From: Eledone cirrhosa
Lineage: Eukaryota
Direction of reading: 5' to 3'
Length of the DNA stretch: 64,000 bases
Assembly (NCBI GenBank): GCA_964016885.1
Contig: OZ024740.1
Location: 215,264,001-215,328,000, forward strand
Shown: piece by piece, positions 1-13,016 of the stretch
How the letters are laid out: the number at the start of each line of letters is the position of its first letter
Position numbering within the stretch: the first letter of the stretch is position 1
Notes under the pieces: model-generated
What the model saw: the letters and a program-made list of their open reading frames with translations, nothing else
Database searches by the model: none
Told to the model about the DNA's origin: nothing
Translations under genes and position numbers: made by a program

Positions 1-411
1 ACATGTTACGGATAACGCTCAAGTAACCTGACAGTATTTTACATATAGAGTGATTTAAAATGAAAATACAATGCACACATGCATGTTGTTATGGGTCTTG
101 TGCAACCACAGTAAAAATATCTGATCACAAATGTACCTTGTGTTTGTATTTTAAATCATTGTGCACACAAACTCCAAACAATATTTTTTTACACAAAGGT
201 CTCATGATATCGGAGAGCAAATTTAAAGTAAAATAAATCAAGACAGTTTTTGATATTGTAATTTCCCCTCAAAAACTACTTTTTGAGATTCATCTAAAAT
301 GTTGGATTTCTTATTCGATTTATTGAAGCATTATTCCAACTTCCGCAAAATCTCCGCATATTTACACCAGAAAATTAACTCCAATTTCTATATAAGGCAT
401 TTGTACCCCTG

Positions 412-925
412 CCCCAGTACACACTGTAAAATGGTTGTGTAGGTATCACGACAAAAAGCACCGAGTCCACACTGAAAAGTGGTCTTATAGGTGTCATGAC
501 AAAAAACACCCAGTCTACACTGTAAAGTGGTCATATAGATGTCATGACAAAAAACACCCACTCCACACTGAAAAGTGGTCTTATAGGTGTCATGACAAAA
601 AGCACCCAGTCTACACTGTAAAGTGGTCATATAGATGCCATGACAAAAAGCACCCAGTACACACTGTAAAGGGTCGTATAGGTGTCATGACAAAAAGCAC
701 CCAGGACACACTGTAAAAGGGTCATGTAGGTGTCATGACAAAAAGCATGTTGCACAGACTGTAAATGTGGTTAGTGTTAAGAAGGGCATCCAGCCATAGA
801 AACTTAGCCAGAAACAGTTCTGTATGAGCAAAACATGGTCACCTGACCCAACTTGCCTCAAATGGGACAACCCGTCTAACCCATGCTAATATGGAAAATA
901 AATGTTAAACGATGATGATGATTAT
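412..925 (+). repeat. 48-bp minisatellite (~7 units) followed by a SINE/LINE-type 3' tail ending in (GAT)n
   Basis: Unit cacccagtacacactgtaaagtggtcatataggtgtcatgacaaaaag runs into gttagtgttaagaagggcatccagcc...aaacgatgatgatg. Confidence 0.85.
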
Positions 926-970
926 GGTAACTTGCAAAGATAACCAGTGTTTATTTTGATATTATTTCAG

Positions 971-3900
971 TCAAGTCTAACGTCAGAGAAAATAAAAGCT
1001 AACCTCATGAAATGTAATAAACTTGAAGAGTTAAAAAAACAGATGCTGTTAATTAAGGAACTGAAAGCTGCAACAAAGATAAAAGAAAAGCATGGTATTG
1101 CCCCCTCATCTAAGACTGAAGTTGAGAAAGAGAAATCTGAAACAGTTAACAAGTAAGTAGAATTTCTTTAGTGATGGCGTGTAGCTTAGTGGTTAGAGAA
1201 TTGTATATGCAATCATGAGTTTGCGAGTTTGATTCCCAGACTGGGTGGTGTGTTATGTCCTTGAGCAAGACTCTTTATTTCATGTTGCTCTTTCTGCCAG
1301 GAGTTGCAACGGGTAAATAGTTTCAGCAAAGGAAAGAAAGACCAATGGAAACATTTTTTCCTTGGTCCAATTTGACGAGTTCCACCCCACTCAGTAAGTG
1401 AATGAGGTCTGGAAACTTATCAATGGATTTAAACGTACAAAAGAATTTCTAGTTGTTTAGCCCTAGGTTGGCCCTGGAGGAGCAGACTCATAATCAAAGG
1501 CAACTCAGCCATGATTTTGTTTTCTTTTTTCAAAGTTCAGAACATCTAAGATTATTTTATCCAATGTGATTTTCCGTTTTCAAAACATTAGGATGTGAAT
1601 TTCAGAAGATTTCGCTGCAATTTCTAGCAACCACATTTTGTTGTCTCAAATAAGATTTCATGTGGTTATTGTTTAGCATCACATCTGTTCTGATTGAGCA
1701 GACCTTATTAGAGGATTATAGACATGACTCTCCTGTATTTCTATATCGACTATATTATAAAGTACAGTCTCTATTTCTTTAAGGCAGTAGTGTGGAATTT
1801 AATGATCCGGCTGCTATTTCTAGCAGGTTGAGTGACCACTCATTCTCTCAGAATATGTTTAATTACAGTTTAATCTATTTTTGGTGTAGGTGGAGAAATG
1901 GCAGAGTTGTTAGACCGACAGATAGAATGCTTTGCAGTATTCGTTTTGGCTCTCTGAGTTCAAATCCCACTGCGATCAACTTTGCCTTTCAGCCATTTGA
2001 GGTCAATAAAAAAAAAAGTATCAGTCAAGTACTGGGTTGATTCTTCCTCTATACTTCTTTTTTCACTTCACTAGAAGAAATCTGTGGTATTCAGACCAGG
2101 AGAGGATTGGGCTCTGCCAAGTTTTAAAAAATGTCATAGTAACGTCGAATGTCCTACAACTCCTTCAGGAGTTACACGACCATCCATCGATCCATATTTT
2201 TGATGTTAGTTTTCTTTTAACATCTAAATACTAATTTTCTTTTTTAAAAAAGCCAGTTTTTAATGAAATTTCATGAACTCGTATATAGAAAAATGGAATT
2301 TACAGTTGAAACTTATACAGATTTAGGTGGCCTCCTACATGGTTGTATCTCATGAGAGGTGTCTTGGGTGTTTCAATGATAGGAGCCCCAATTTTATGAA
2401 AAACATCATGAAATGAAGTATTGTTATATTTGGGGTGGATCATGTTGTCCTAATATTGCCAAAAATCATAAAACACACTCACTGTTTGGTTTGGTTTTCA
2501 TTTCAGTATATTTTTTAAAGATATTTATATAAATAATTTAGCTGGCAATCAATGTTTATCATTGATTGACCAACAGTTAAAAATATAAATATAATTTCTC
2601 AAAGTTCTTTTGTCACAAATGTTTCTGTGACATCTTTCGTCACACATTTCTGTGAAGTACTTTGCTTAAGAACGCAACATACCACCTGGTCAAGGAATTG
2701 AACCCACAATCTATTTATCATGAGTTCCATACCTGAACCACTAAGTCAATGCATGCTACAAGAAAACGAATAGTGAATAAAAAGCAAAGAGAAAAAAACT
2801 AGTAAAAGGAATAAAAATAGAGTAGAAGGGGTTAATTTCTTGGGTTTAAGCAAGCTTAAATATAGCAGCTTTGTTTTGTAGTGTATGCTTTAACCCTTTT
2901 ATGACTGTATTTCTAATAAAATACAGTCTATTTTAATTAACTAATGAAGAATTTTGTGGGATTTACTAAAATAGTAACTTAATGTAAGGTTCTTATATAA
3001 AATTATGTTGGAAGATTTTAATTTAAATTGGAAACCTTTTAAATGGGTGGTTTTATTTAATAGAACCAGAGCTGGTTTTGGTAACTTTAGGGTTAATTGA
3101 ATATGTGTCAAATTTTTAATATAATTGTTTTTGTGGATTTGAAAGAATCATCAGCATTTTTTGACTATGAAAAGTCTAAGTTGTGCATATAAACCCTAAA
3201 GACAGAAAAGATTTGTACGGCACCATCCTTGGGACAAATGGTTTCCATCTTAGGGGTTTATATACCCAACTTATTAAATTATTTGTCATAGTCAAACAAC
3301 GTTGATCTTTCTTTTAAATTCACAAACTTCCTATCCCTCAACAATTCTAAAAATTAGATTGTTTATAATTGTTTTGTTCCCCATAAATATGTTATGTTGT
3401 CTTTACTAATTGAAGTTATGTTTTTGTTACAGGATTCCTGCTTATAAACGATTCCAGCATCTTATTTTACCAATACCGTCCACACTCACACTTCCTTATT
3501 CCTATACAGTATTAGAGGATTTCTTCCAAAGAGTAGATGATATTGTTCGTATATTACATAACCGTTTAGAAGTTTGTACTTTTACCAAACTCAAATCTGC
3601 TGTCGAAAAAATTACTAAAAGGTTCTTTTTTTTTATAATTACCTTCATTTAATAAGATACATTTTTTTGTTTTGGGGGTTGAGAGGACTCTTCAACTAAC
3701 CTCCTCCTACTGTTGGTGATTACACAATATATGCAACCAAACACTCTGTAAAGTGGTTGGTGAATGGAAGAGCATCCAGCTGTAAAAAGTCTGTCACACA
3801 AAAGGTTGGAAGGAGCCTTGAACTCGGTCAAAGACATAACAACCTCCCTAGTGCTGATGTCATGATCAAATACATTCAGTAATGCACACGATCATATGTG

Positions 3901-6900
3901 ACTAAGTCATGCGCTGCACGTCCGTTTGATTACCTGGTAAGGTGCGGGAATGAAAACAAGATGCAAACTCTCAGCCCACAGTGACGTCAGTATTTTCACT
4001 TAGAATACCAGCCTTGAGGGCTGATAACCTGTCCAACACTTACTAGCAGGGAAAGCAGACTTTAAACAATGATGTTTTTATATTTAAAACAACTTCCAAA
4101 TATTTGATGTCCAATGACGAAGTTGTTTAGCTCTGCAACAAAAGTTACTGTAGAAGAATGTAGTGTATTTTGTAATCCCATATATACTGAAGCCAAACTA
4201 TGTTTTACATATTTCTCTATATTTTCAGAGATTTTAAGGAGCGAATTCTTGGTCAAATGAAAGCTGTTTATCCCACTGCATTTGAGTTCAAACAAGAACG
4301 AGGTCTTCCAAGGTCTGGTTACAAATGGCAAGGTTATCAACTTACCATCACTCCCCAACTTAAAGAATCAGGAATGGGGTTCAAAGGTAAGCTCTAACTG
4401 ACATCACCATCATCATCATCGTTTAACGTCCATTTTCCAAGATAGCATGGGTTATAAATATGTTTTGAACTCTTGTATTCATTACTTTTCCAGCCCAAAA
4501 TTGTTTTGACTAAAAATATTTATGATTGGTTTGGTTTAATTCCTCATTTTAGAACATAGTAAAGAGATATAAAAGCTTTATCTGATTCCTCCTCCTCATT
4601 CTTTTTCTTCTGCTTCTTCTTCTCCTCCTCCTTCCATTTATTCCTGGGAGGGTCGTGAGGGCTGAGTCCTCAAACACTCCTTCCAGCAGATCCTGTCAAA
4701 AGCAACTGTCGCCAAGCGAGACCAGCCAAACTCATGGATGTTATCCAACCATCTTGTCAGGCGAGATGGTCTGCCTCTGGGTCTCCTGCCATAGAATGTC
4801 TCAGGAAAGAATTGCTAGACAGATTTTATGGGCAAATTTATTATTTTAGTTTAACCTTTCGTCCTTAAGGGTCGATAAGGTAAAGTACCAGTAACGCAAT
4901 GGGGTCAAGTTAATCGATTTCACCTCCCCTTGTACCTAAATTAGAAACCATTATTTTAGTTTAAATTTTTTAGTACCACATATGAAGTAGAACGTTGTAA
5001 AATGATATAGCTAGGTTTCTATATAAGGGAGATAACTCTGGTCAGAAATAAGGACTGTCCGTCTAAAATATAATTTGACCCCAATTGGCAGTATTGGTAG
5101 AGGGTCGGACGCCATGCTTTCCAGCATAGTTACGTCCCTTTACAGTCTGAGTTCAAATCCCGCCGAGGTTAACTTTGCCTTTCATCCTTACGGGGTCGAT
5201 AAAATAAAGTACCAGTAATGTACTGGGTAATTGATGGCCTTGTGCCAAATGTAGAAACAAATATTATGTAAAACTTTAAATTTGCAAAGTTCATTCCATT
5301 CCTGCTAACATAGAGAAAATGGATATGAAATATATCTATATTTTTAATTTATTTGTCAAGCTGAGAACTTGAGCCAGTCATGTATTGCAGGGGAAATTTA
5401 GTTGATTTAAACCGGCCCTATCCAGTCAGAATTCTCTCACCTCTTTCTGTTCAAACTAGCTATCCATACATCAGTATGAGTGGCTAGTTAATACTGTTTA
5501 AGGTATCGTCAAAATAAATAATATCAAAATCTCATAGATTCGATATTATGTAAGACGAAAATACAATAGTATATATAGAGTAATGTAAATACTAAAGAGT
5601 TAAACCTTCCTTTACAAAGCTACCTTACATAAAATCCCCAGCAATAAGTGATGGGCATACATAAATGGAGGTCAGTAGAGCAATCTATTTCACATTGTGC
5701 ATCATATGGTGATTATTTGGGGTTACTGCCATCTCTCCTCTCTTTGACAAATCAAAGGATTGCACCTGGCTCATCTGTTCTATTTTCCATGTGGTTTCTG
5801 CCACTAGAAACCCTTAACACCAACTACTTTATAGGTTTATTTGGTACATATTATCATGACACCAGCACGAGCAAGGTTATGTTCTTAACAGAATTAAAGA
5901 CTACTAGACCCTGTGTATTCTAGAAGGATAGGAGAATATAGGATAATATTCAGAGCAAATTCCACAACTGGTGTTACCAGTAACTGTTAAACATTGCTTG
6001 TTGATCTTGACAGTGCACAATATATATATGATGTACACAACGTATATATAATGTACACAATGTATATATGATGTACACTATATATGTATGAATCTGTAAG
6101 TCCTTGTGGAGTTGTGGTGACATTGTAGTGATGTAACATGTCTTGGGCATTTTAAACCTGGCAGGATCTATCCCTAACCAGGTCTGAATACAGCCAAATT
6201 CTTCCAGAGAAGGAGAGAGTGTGAGAAAGCGATATAGGGGAAGAATTGACCTCAATACAAGACTGGTACTTTTTTTTTTCAATCTATAAGTGTTGAGAAA
6301 ATAGAACAAAAAAACTTAGATAAAAGATTGAGAACAATAAAAAGTTATCTTAGCAATTTTAAATGATCCCAAATATTTTCAGATTTACCATTCATTATCA
6401 AGGGGAGACCATAGGTAGGTGGGGGACCCCAGAGAGAAACTTGAGAAATGTTGTGGGTGGCTGTTTTAAATTATTTTGAAATGACTGATTTTTCTTTTTA
6501 ATTGTTTATCTCATTCCATTTTAGATCCTGACAGCGGCAAATTACTTTTTACAGCTTCAGATTTAATAACTAGAAAGAGAATGTTTCATTCCTATCTGGT
6601 GAAAAATATCATGAAGATACATAAAGTAAGAGGTTTTTATAGTATTGGTTTGTATGTGTTAATAGTAGAAAGGAAGTGATTGACAAAGAAGGTCCCAGAC
6701 TTCATATATTTACTGAGTGAAGTGGAACTCATCAAATTGGACCAAGGAAACAATGTTTCCATTGCTGATACTATCTACCGGTCGCAACACCTGGCAAGAA
6801 AGAGCAATGTGAAATAAACTATCTTGCTCAAGGATATAACGCAATGCCCGGTCCAGGAATTGAACTTACAACCTCATGATTGTGAAAATCAATTCTCTAA

Positions 6901-9900
6901 CTATTCAACCATGATCCTTCAGATAGTGAAAGTTGTAAATTCTACTTTTTAATTGTGTATTTAGGCTAACCTATATTGCATAGTTGCTAAATAAATATAC
7001 TAAAATGAAATACCTTTTTATTTTAGGAATTCCTACAAAATCTACCAAAACCTATGTCAATATCTGATGAGAAACTTACTCGTTGGCATCCTAAGTTCCA
7101 ACTTGACCAAGTACCTGACATTGAACCTTCCTTTTTACCTCAGCCTCCATATGTTAAAGTTTATCAAACTGCTTCTGATGTTTTAAATGCAACAAAAGGG
7201 TCGCTGCATCCTAAAGTAAGTTTCAGTGTTTATCTTGTCGTTTGTTTGGCTGGGGAGTTTTTTCTTTGTCTGCGTGTTATGTTTGGGTATAGTGTGACAG
7301 ATAATTTACATGCAGAATAGCATGCAACCAATGAGGATCTATTTAATGATGTACAAGGGTCAGCAGAAAAGTGCATGGAATTACCAAATGAGGTTTAATC
7401 TTCAACATAGTCATCATCATCATTTCATTTTACGTCCGCTTTTCCCTGCTTGCAAGGGTGGGACGGGAACTGATACTGGCTTGATTTCTACAGCTGGATG
7501 CCCTTCCTAACACCAACCTCATTTACAGTGAGTACTGGGTGCTTTCTTGCCGTGGCACCTCCACGACCACTTTGCAGTGGAATGATAGGGACCTCAGTCC
7601 CTATCATCTCATTTCTACAGTTGAGTAAACTGGAGCAATGTGAAATAAAGTGTCTTGCTCAAGGAAACTAATAAGAAGAGTTGAATTTAATGCAAGCAAG
7701 ATTTCATAACTCTAGCATCATTCCTTCAGCTGACCCTCGTAGTTTCAAGCTACATGATTTATTTTTTATAGAAATTTCTGTATTACCCACAATATAATTT
7801 GTAGTTAGTATCTTTCTTCTTCTTCTCTCACTTATTCCTGAGAGGGTCGTGGGGTCAGAGTCCTCAAACACTCCTTCCAGTAGGTCCTGGCAGAAGCAAT
7901 TGATCCAGCTGGAACCCCAAGCAAGACCAGCCAAGATGGATGTTATCTAACCATCTTGCTTGGGGTCTACACCTGGATCTTCTGCCAGTTGGTTTTGTCC
8001 GTAAAATCTGTCCAGCGATTCTTTTTTTAGATATTCTAACCACATGCGCGTAGTATCAGAGCTATTATCTCTCAATTTAGAGAAGTAGCAGCTCTATCTG
8101 GAATGACTGATCTACAAGCTACACACATTATCGAGTAGCGTTACTCCAAAGACCCTTCAGAGGAATCGCATTTTGGCCACTTGTATTTGGTGCGATCGTA
8201 TTCTTTTGGTCAGTATGATGAGGAAAAAAAGGATAGTATCTTTGGTTAATGAAAATGTTTTTTGGTTCTGTAATGTCCTAGTAAAAGACAAAATAAAATG
8301 ATGTATGCTAAGATAGATGGTATTTTCTTTATATAATTTCTTCAGGTTGAAAGTGCTTTACTTAATGTTTCAAAAACTAGTCATTCTACCAATCAGACAT
8401 CTACCCCTACTAAAGCTGAGTCACCTTCAACTCAAGGAATCCCTAGTAGATTACTCGAAAGAGTAAGTATTTCTTTATTTGCTTACTCTAACTTTTCAAA
8501 ATGTTTTACTCTTTAAAATGTTTCATACCAAACCTCCAGGAATCCCCATGCCCTCACCACATCCCTGGTGCTGTGACACAAAATCGTTTATTTTGTGTGA
8601 GAACCCTTATGTTCCAAACACCAGCTAAATGAGGGGAAACTTAAATATTTTACTAAATCCCTTCAAATTCTTGATTATTTTCAAAATTATTTGAAAATTG
8701 TAAATATGTCATTAGAAATGTATAAATGAAAGAATTAAACCACACTGCGAATTGCCAGAGTCGTTAGAACTTTTGATCGAATGTGTTCCAGCTCTCTGCT
8801 CTGAGTTCAACCTTGTCTTTTATCATTTCGAGGTTGATAAAAAAGTTTCAGTCAAGTACTTAAAATGCTCCAGAAATGCCGTACAAGTATGTCTCCATCA
8901 GGAGTTAAATAGTATGTAACTGAGGTTGTATAGTGTATCATATATGACATGTTCATGTAAATAAACTTTTTTTGTAGCCTTGCTATGATTTTTAAAAGTG
9001 GTGATATATTCACTACTAGCCTTGAGCAATCAAGGAGATTACCTTCATGGTGCTGTTTCTGGTATTTTAACCATCGTCTAAGTGGCTGACTCCACTTAGA
9101 CGCTAAAACAAAAACAACTTCTGAACATCTCAATGAATAACATATAGTTGTATTATTTAAACAATACTGGTATACAATAATAACAAACACACCGCTAGTG
9201 TGTGTTGTGAAGATAGATATCTGTTTATCATAAATATATAATTGTTTTCAGTTTTAGTGAAAAAAAAGTGTTTCTGTATTTATTTCAGATCCGAGCAAAG
9301 GAAGCAAAACGCTTGGAAGAAACCATTACTCAAACTCCACAAAAAGCTCAACGGCAAACAATGTTGAATCGATTGCCACATATTTACCGTATTATGCGAG
9401 CGTATCCTTATCATTTTCAATTGTCTTTAGAAATATTTACTTTGAATTCTAATTTCATTAAATAATTTAAATGACAGCTGTTTTATAAGTGTGTGTAACA
9501 TCTTTCTGAGGTCATCTTTGCCTTTCATCCATTCCAGGTTGTTAAAAAAGTACCTGTTTAGGACTGGGGTCGATTCTTCCTCTATATTTCTTTCTCACTT
9601 TGTTCTCTCATTCTCTATCCTTTTCTAGAAGAAAATACCCTAGAAACGCTGTATGTCAATATGGCACCTCTACAACTCCCACAAAAGCTGTATGTTGATA
9701 TGGCACCCCTACAACTCACACAAAAGCTGTATGTCGATATGGCACCCCTACAACTCCCACAAAAGCTGTATCGATATGACACCACTACATCTCTTTCGGG
9801 AGCTGTATGTCGATACAGCACCCCTACGACTCCCTCGGAAGCTGTATGTCAATATGGCACCCCTAAAACTCCCTCGGGAGTTACGGGACCATGCAACATC

Positions 9901-12900
9901 TTTCTCAGTTGTTGAAATATATATATATCTATATATGCAAAAGTTCTATTTAAAATTGTTGGGATACAACAAGTAAATATTTTTATAACTGATATAAAGC
10001 ACTCGACAAGTATTTGGAGGAGATATACGATATTAATAAATGGAAACTATATTTATAAAACCATATTTATTTCATTATACATATTTCAGGGATACCAAAT
10101 TAAATTATGGTATGCCTTCATCAGACAAAATACAATATATAACAGTTTTACAAATAAGCTTTGACGTACCCTTTTAAAATGCAACCATTATTTTTGGAAG
10201 CCATCTGGATAGTGAATTGTTTATATTATTTTAATAAGTCTTAGTGTTAAGGACAATTAGAAAAAGACGGAGAGAAAGATTTGTCTGATGAAGGCATACC
10301 ATAATACCATATATCTATCTATATATATATATATATATATACACTGCCAATGCAGAATAATGAATACCTATTACAATGTTCTCTATGTTTCACTGTAAAT
10401 CATCAGTGTTGTCACTCAGCTAGAGATATGCCTGAAATAATGTATATCCCAGTGTGTAGGTATGGTTGGACTAAACAGGAGAATGTTGAGGCTATATTTT
10501 TGAAATATAGGTTCCACACTTTCAGTGTGGAACCTTTATTTGTGAGTATCCTGGTTTTTAGAATAAGTATACCATATCCCTAGTAAGAGACTACTATAAG
10601 GGCTGGTGCCAGGATGGACATCTGGTTGTAAAACAACCCCTTTATTTGGCCAGTTTTTTTATGGTTGGATGCCTTTCCTATCACCAATTACTTCGATGGA
10701 CTGGCATCCTTTTTTAGCAGCAGGGAGTTTTGTACTCTCAGTCAATGTACAGTGATGAAACTACGATCAGCTTCAGCCTGATAAACTTCTCAGCTTGGAA
10801 CAGACTTTCTTTTTGTTATATGTAAGAAATAATGCTACATTTAGTGAGAAGAGATTTCAAAATTGCTTTTCTATACATTTGGTTATTTTTATTCTATAAA
10901 ATAACATTCATTTCTCAGAGTTTTTTCTTGACTGCATTTAAGTTATTTTGTTACAGAGAAAAAGACTGCCCTCCTTTTAGATATACTTGTAGAAAAGATT
11001 TCTGAAAGTTATAAAACATCAATTTCTAAAGGTTTGTATTATTACTAATTTTGGAATTTTCTTGCATGTATATTCTGAAATCCAATCAATTTGATGGTTA
11101 TAAATAAGGATCATCATAACCATCATCACCATTTAAGGTCCATTTTTCCATGCTGGCATGGATTAGACAGGTTACCCTATTTGAGACCAATCAGTTCTGA
11201 TGGTCATGTCTTGCTCATACAAAACTATTTCTGGCTTGGTTTCTACAACTGGATGCCCTTCCTAACACCAACCACATTTACAGTGTGGAGTGAGTGCTTT
11301 TTGTCGTGACACCAAGATGACCACTTTACAGTGTGTGTTTTTCATTGACATGGAAACACAAAATTCAATCCTATGGTATCTGATTTGTGAAACCTCACAT
11401 TTTTCACAGCTACCCTAACCATTACTTCTTCAATTTACTTAGATAGCTTCCAACTGTCAATTCCTGGTGAATCTGGCAGTCTCTGTGTAGTCACTTCGCT
11501 TGTTAAAAATAACAACCAAATCTTCCTTAAATTATACCATTCTAGCTTAAAGAAAAGAGGAGACGGATAAAATAATGTAATCCTTGATATACCACAACAT
11601 AGTGGTTGTGACTTTGAACTCATTTAAACTAACTTGTCTAAATAACAATAACAATTTGTTACATGTAACAGCCATTTACTTTACATCTCTAAACTGATTG
11701 TTGACTTGTACCTTTTCCCTCCTTTATATGTTTTCTAATAACTTTATATCACTGTAATATTTCTACACTACTTAACTGGAGGTTCCAGCCACAGCAACAT
11801 GGCCTATTATAGTAAAGTTCATGTTTTCAATATTTATTGGCAGTTTTCTTTGAAGTGTTACATCGAATCAAACTTAAATGAAAAATATCTCTCTTCTTCA
11901 CACATTTATTCCTGAGAGGGTTGTGGAGTCTAAGTCCTCAAAAACTCCTTCCAGCGAGTCTTGTCTGCTGGATCAAGCAAGACCAGCCGAGCTCATGGAT
12001 GTTATCCAACCATCTCGACGTCTATCCTTGGGTCTCCTATCAGTTGGTTTTGCCTGTAAAATCTGTCCATCAATTCTTTCTTGAGGCATTCTAACCACAT
12101 GTCCATAACTCTGAGCTACACACTGTTGAGTAACATTATTCCAACAACCCTCCATGGGAGGACTTTGGAGTTAAGCTGATCAGCAAATAAAATGTTCTGG
12201 CTGACCATCTGCTGACTTTGTAACAACACATCAGGGGTCCTCCTCTCTCCAATGAGGTTGAGAGAATACTTTGCAATCTCCTAAACCCAGTCACATCATC
12301 ATCTCCTGATGTACATCTCGGAGTGATAACTAACTTCTAGGAGACTGAGCTTACAAGAGCAATTAAAGAGCTCAGATGTGGCAAGGCCACTAAGGAGGAT
12401 GAAATTTGTCTCCTTGGGATGTTAAAAGTCTTAAATTGAGAAGGTATTCTCTGGCTGACTTGTGTATGCCGGGTGATCTGAACCTTTGGAAAGGCATTTA
12501 AGCAATAGCAGTCACGAGTGATAATCCCAATTTTCAATAAGGGAAGTAAGACAGATTGCTCCAACAATAGAGGGATCGCCTTGGTAAAGAGATGCAGTGA
12601 TATTATTGAGTCCACGGTGGATTGGCAGTATCAGTAGAGGGTCGGTCGCCATGCTTTCCAGCATAGTTACGTCCCTTTATGATCTGAGTTCAAATCCCGC
12701 CGAGGTTGACTTTGCCTTTCATCCTTACGGGGTCGATAAAATAAAGTACCAGTAATACACTGGGTAATTGCTGGCCTTGTGCCTAAAGTAGAAACAATTA
12801 TTGAGTCCAAGCTACAATTCATCATAAAACTTATTTTATTTTGTATTTGTTTCAGCTGATGTTGAAAAGCATTTGGAATTATTGCTAGAAGTTGCTCCCA

Positions 12901-13016
12901 GCTGGGTTTCTGTGGCTACAACACAGAACGGTAAATACGTTAAACTCAATCGAACACTCAAACTGCAAGATATCCAGGAGAAAATAAACTTGTGCTGTAA
13001 AAAATTAACTCAGTGA
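971..13016 (+). CDS. CDT1: DNA replication licensing factor Cdt1, 3' part (5' exons lie upstream of the window). Exons 971-1152, 3433-3621, 4229-4386, 6525-6625, 7027-7215, 8346-8462, 9289-9401, 10943-11031, 12856-13016
   Basis: Exons join in frame at AG/GT boundaries. Translation gives Cdt1 hallmarks: IPAYKRFQHL..LTLPYSYTVLEDFF, RDFKERILGQMKAVYP, KLTRWHPKFQLDQVPDI..LPQPP, GIPSRLLERIRAKEAK, RLPHIYRIMRAYFVTEKKTAL, VEKHLELLLEVAPSW; TGA at 13014-13016. Confidence 0.93.
1175..1295 (+). mobile_element. tRNA-derived SINE with CORE-like domain (family B)
   Basis: A-box tagcttagtgg, B-box-like gtttgattccc, then gtccttgagcaagact resembling the MIR/CORE domain. Other copies at ~2655-2745(-), 6800-6910(-), 14880-15085(-), 24000-24110(-), 33790-34120(+), 37200-37470(-). 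Confidence 0.7.
4630..4830 (-). mobile_element. RTE-clade LINE 3' fragment
   Basis: Reverse complement matches the 61400-61645 copy (RWLDNIHELG..HWKE.LR) with a (GAA/GGA)n tail. Confidence 0.7.
5083..5265 (+). mobile_element. tRNA-derived SINE with Meta-domain-like core (family A)
   Basis: gagttcaaatcccgccgagg..tttgcctttcatccttacggggtcgataaaataaagtaccag..gtagaaacaa. Related copies at ~1890-2040, 16560-16780(-), 24185-24350, 37890-37985(-), 39180-39292, 43236-43345, 46822-46940(-), 60558-60730(-). Confidence 0.8.
7410..7668 (-). mobile_element. Family B SINE, 5'-truncated; near-identical to 15570-15830
   Basis: Reverse complement aligns almost base for base with the copy at 15490-15830. Confidence 0.8.
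7812..8215 (-). mobile_element. RTE-clade LINE 3' fragment with (GAA)n tail
   Basis: Homologous to 61170-61645. Confidence 0.75.
9402..10942 (+). other. U12-type (minor spliceosome) GT-AG intron in Cdt1
   Basis: 5' splice site GTATCCTTA at 9402. U12-like branch site TTCTTGAC at ~10925-10932, about 10 nt before the AG at 10941-10942, with no polypyrimidine tract. Splicing here gives in-frame RIMRA|YFVTEKK. Confidence 0.85.
9648..9880 (+). repeat. 39-bp minisatellite (~6 units) inside the Cdt1 U12 intron
   Basis: Unit gctgtatgtcaatatggcacctctacaactcccacaaaa; gives 13-aa periodic pseudo-ORFs. Confidence 0.85.
11895..12612. mobile_element. RTE LINE fragments in opposite orientations (3' end on minus ~11895-12125; linker/RT-start on plus ~12180-12612)
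   Basis: Minus: HVVRMPQERI..KPTDRRPKDR. Plus: degenerate AIKELRCGKA..DEI..VIIPIFNKG..DCSNNRGI (RT domain 0/1 region). Confidence 0.7.
12615..12797 (+). mobile_element. Full-length family A SINE with 13-bp target-site duplication, nested in the RTE fragment
   Basis: attattgagtcca flanks both sides (12602-12614 and 12798-12810). Confidence 0.85.

Noticed and set aside
388-716. Periodic ORFs at 388-716, 9615-9976 and 50695-51219
   Set aside because: Minisatellite translations within introns or SINE tails.
1175-1245. tRNA genes (also 15490, 33790, 5085, 12615)
   Set aside because: A/B boxes continue directly into SINE bodies and no complete cloverleaf is evident.
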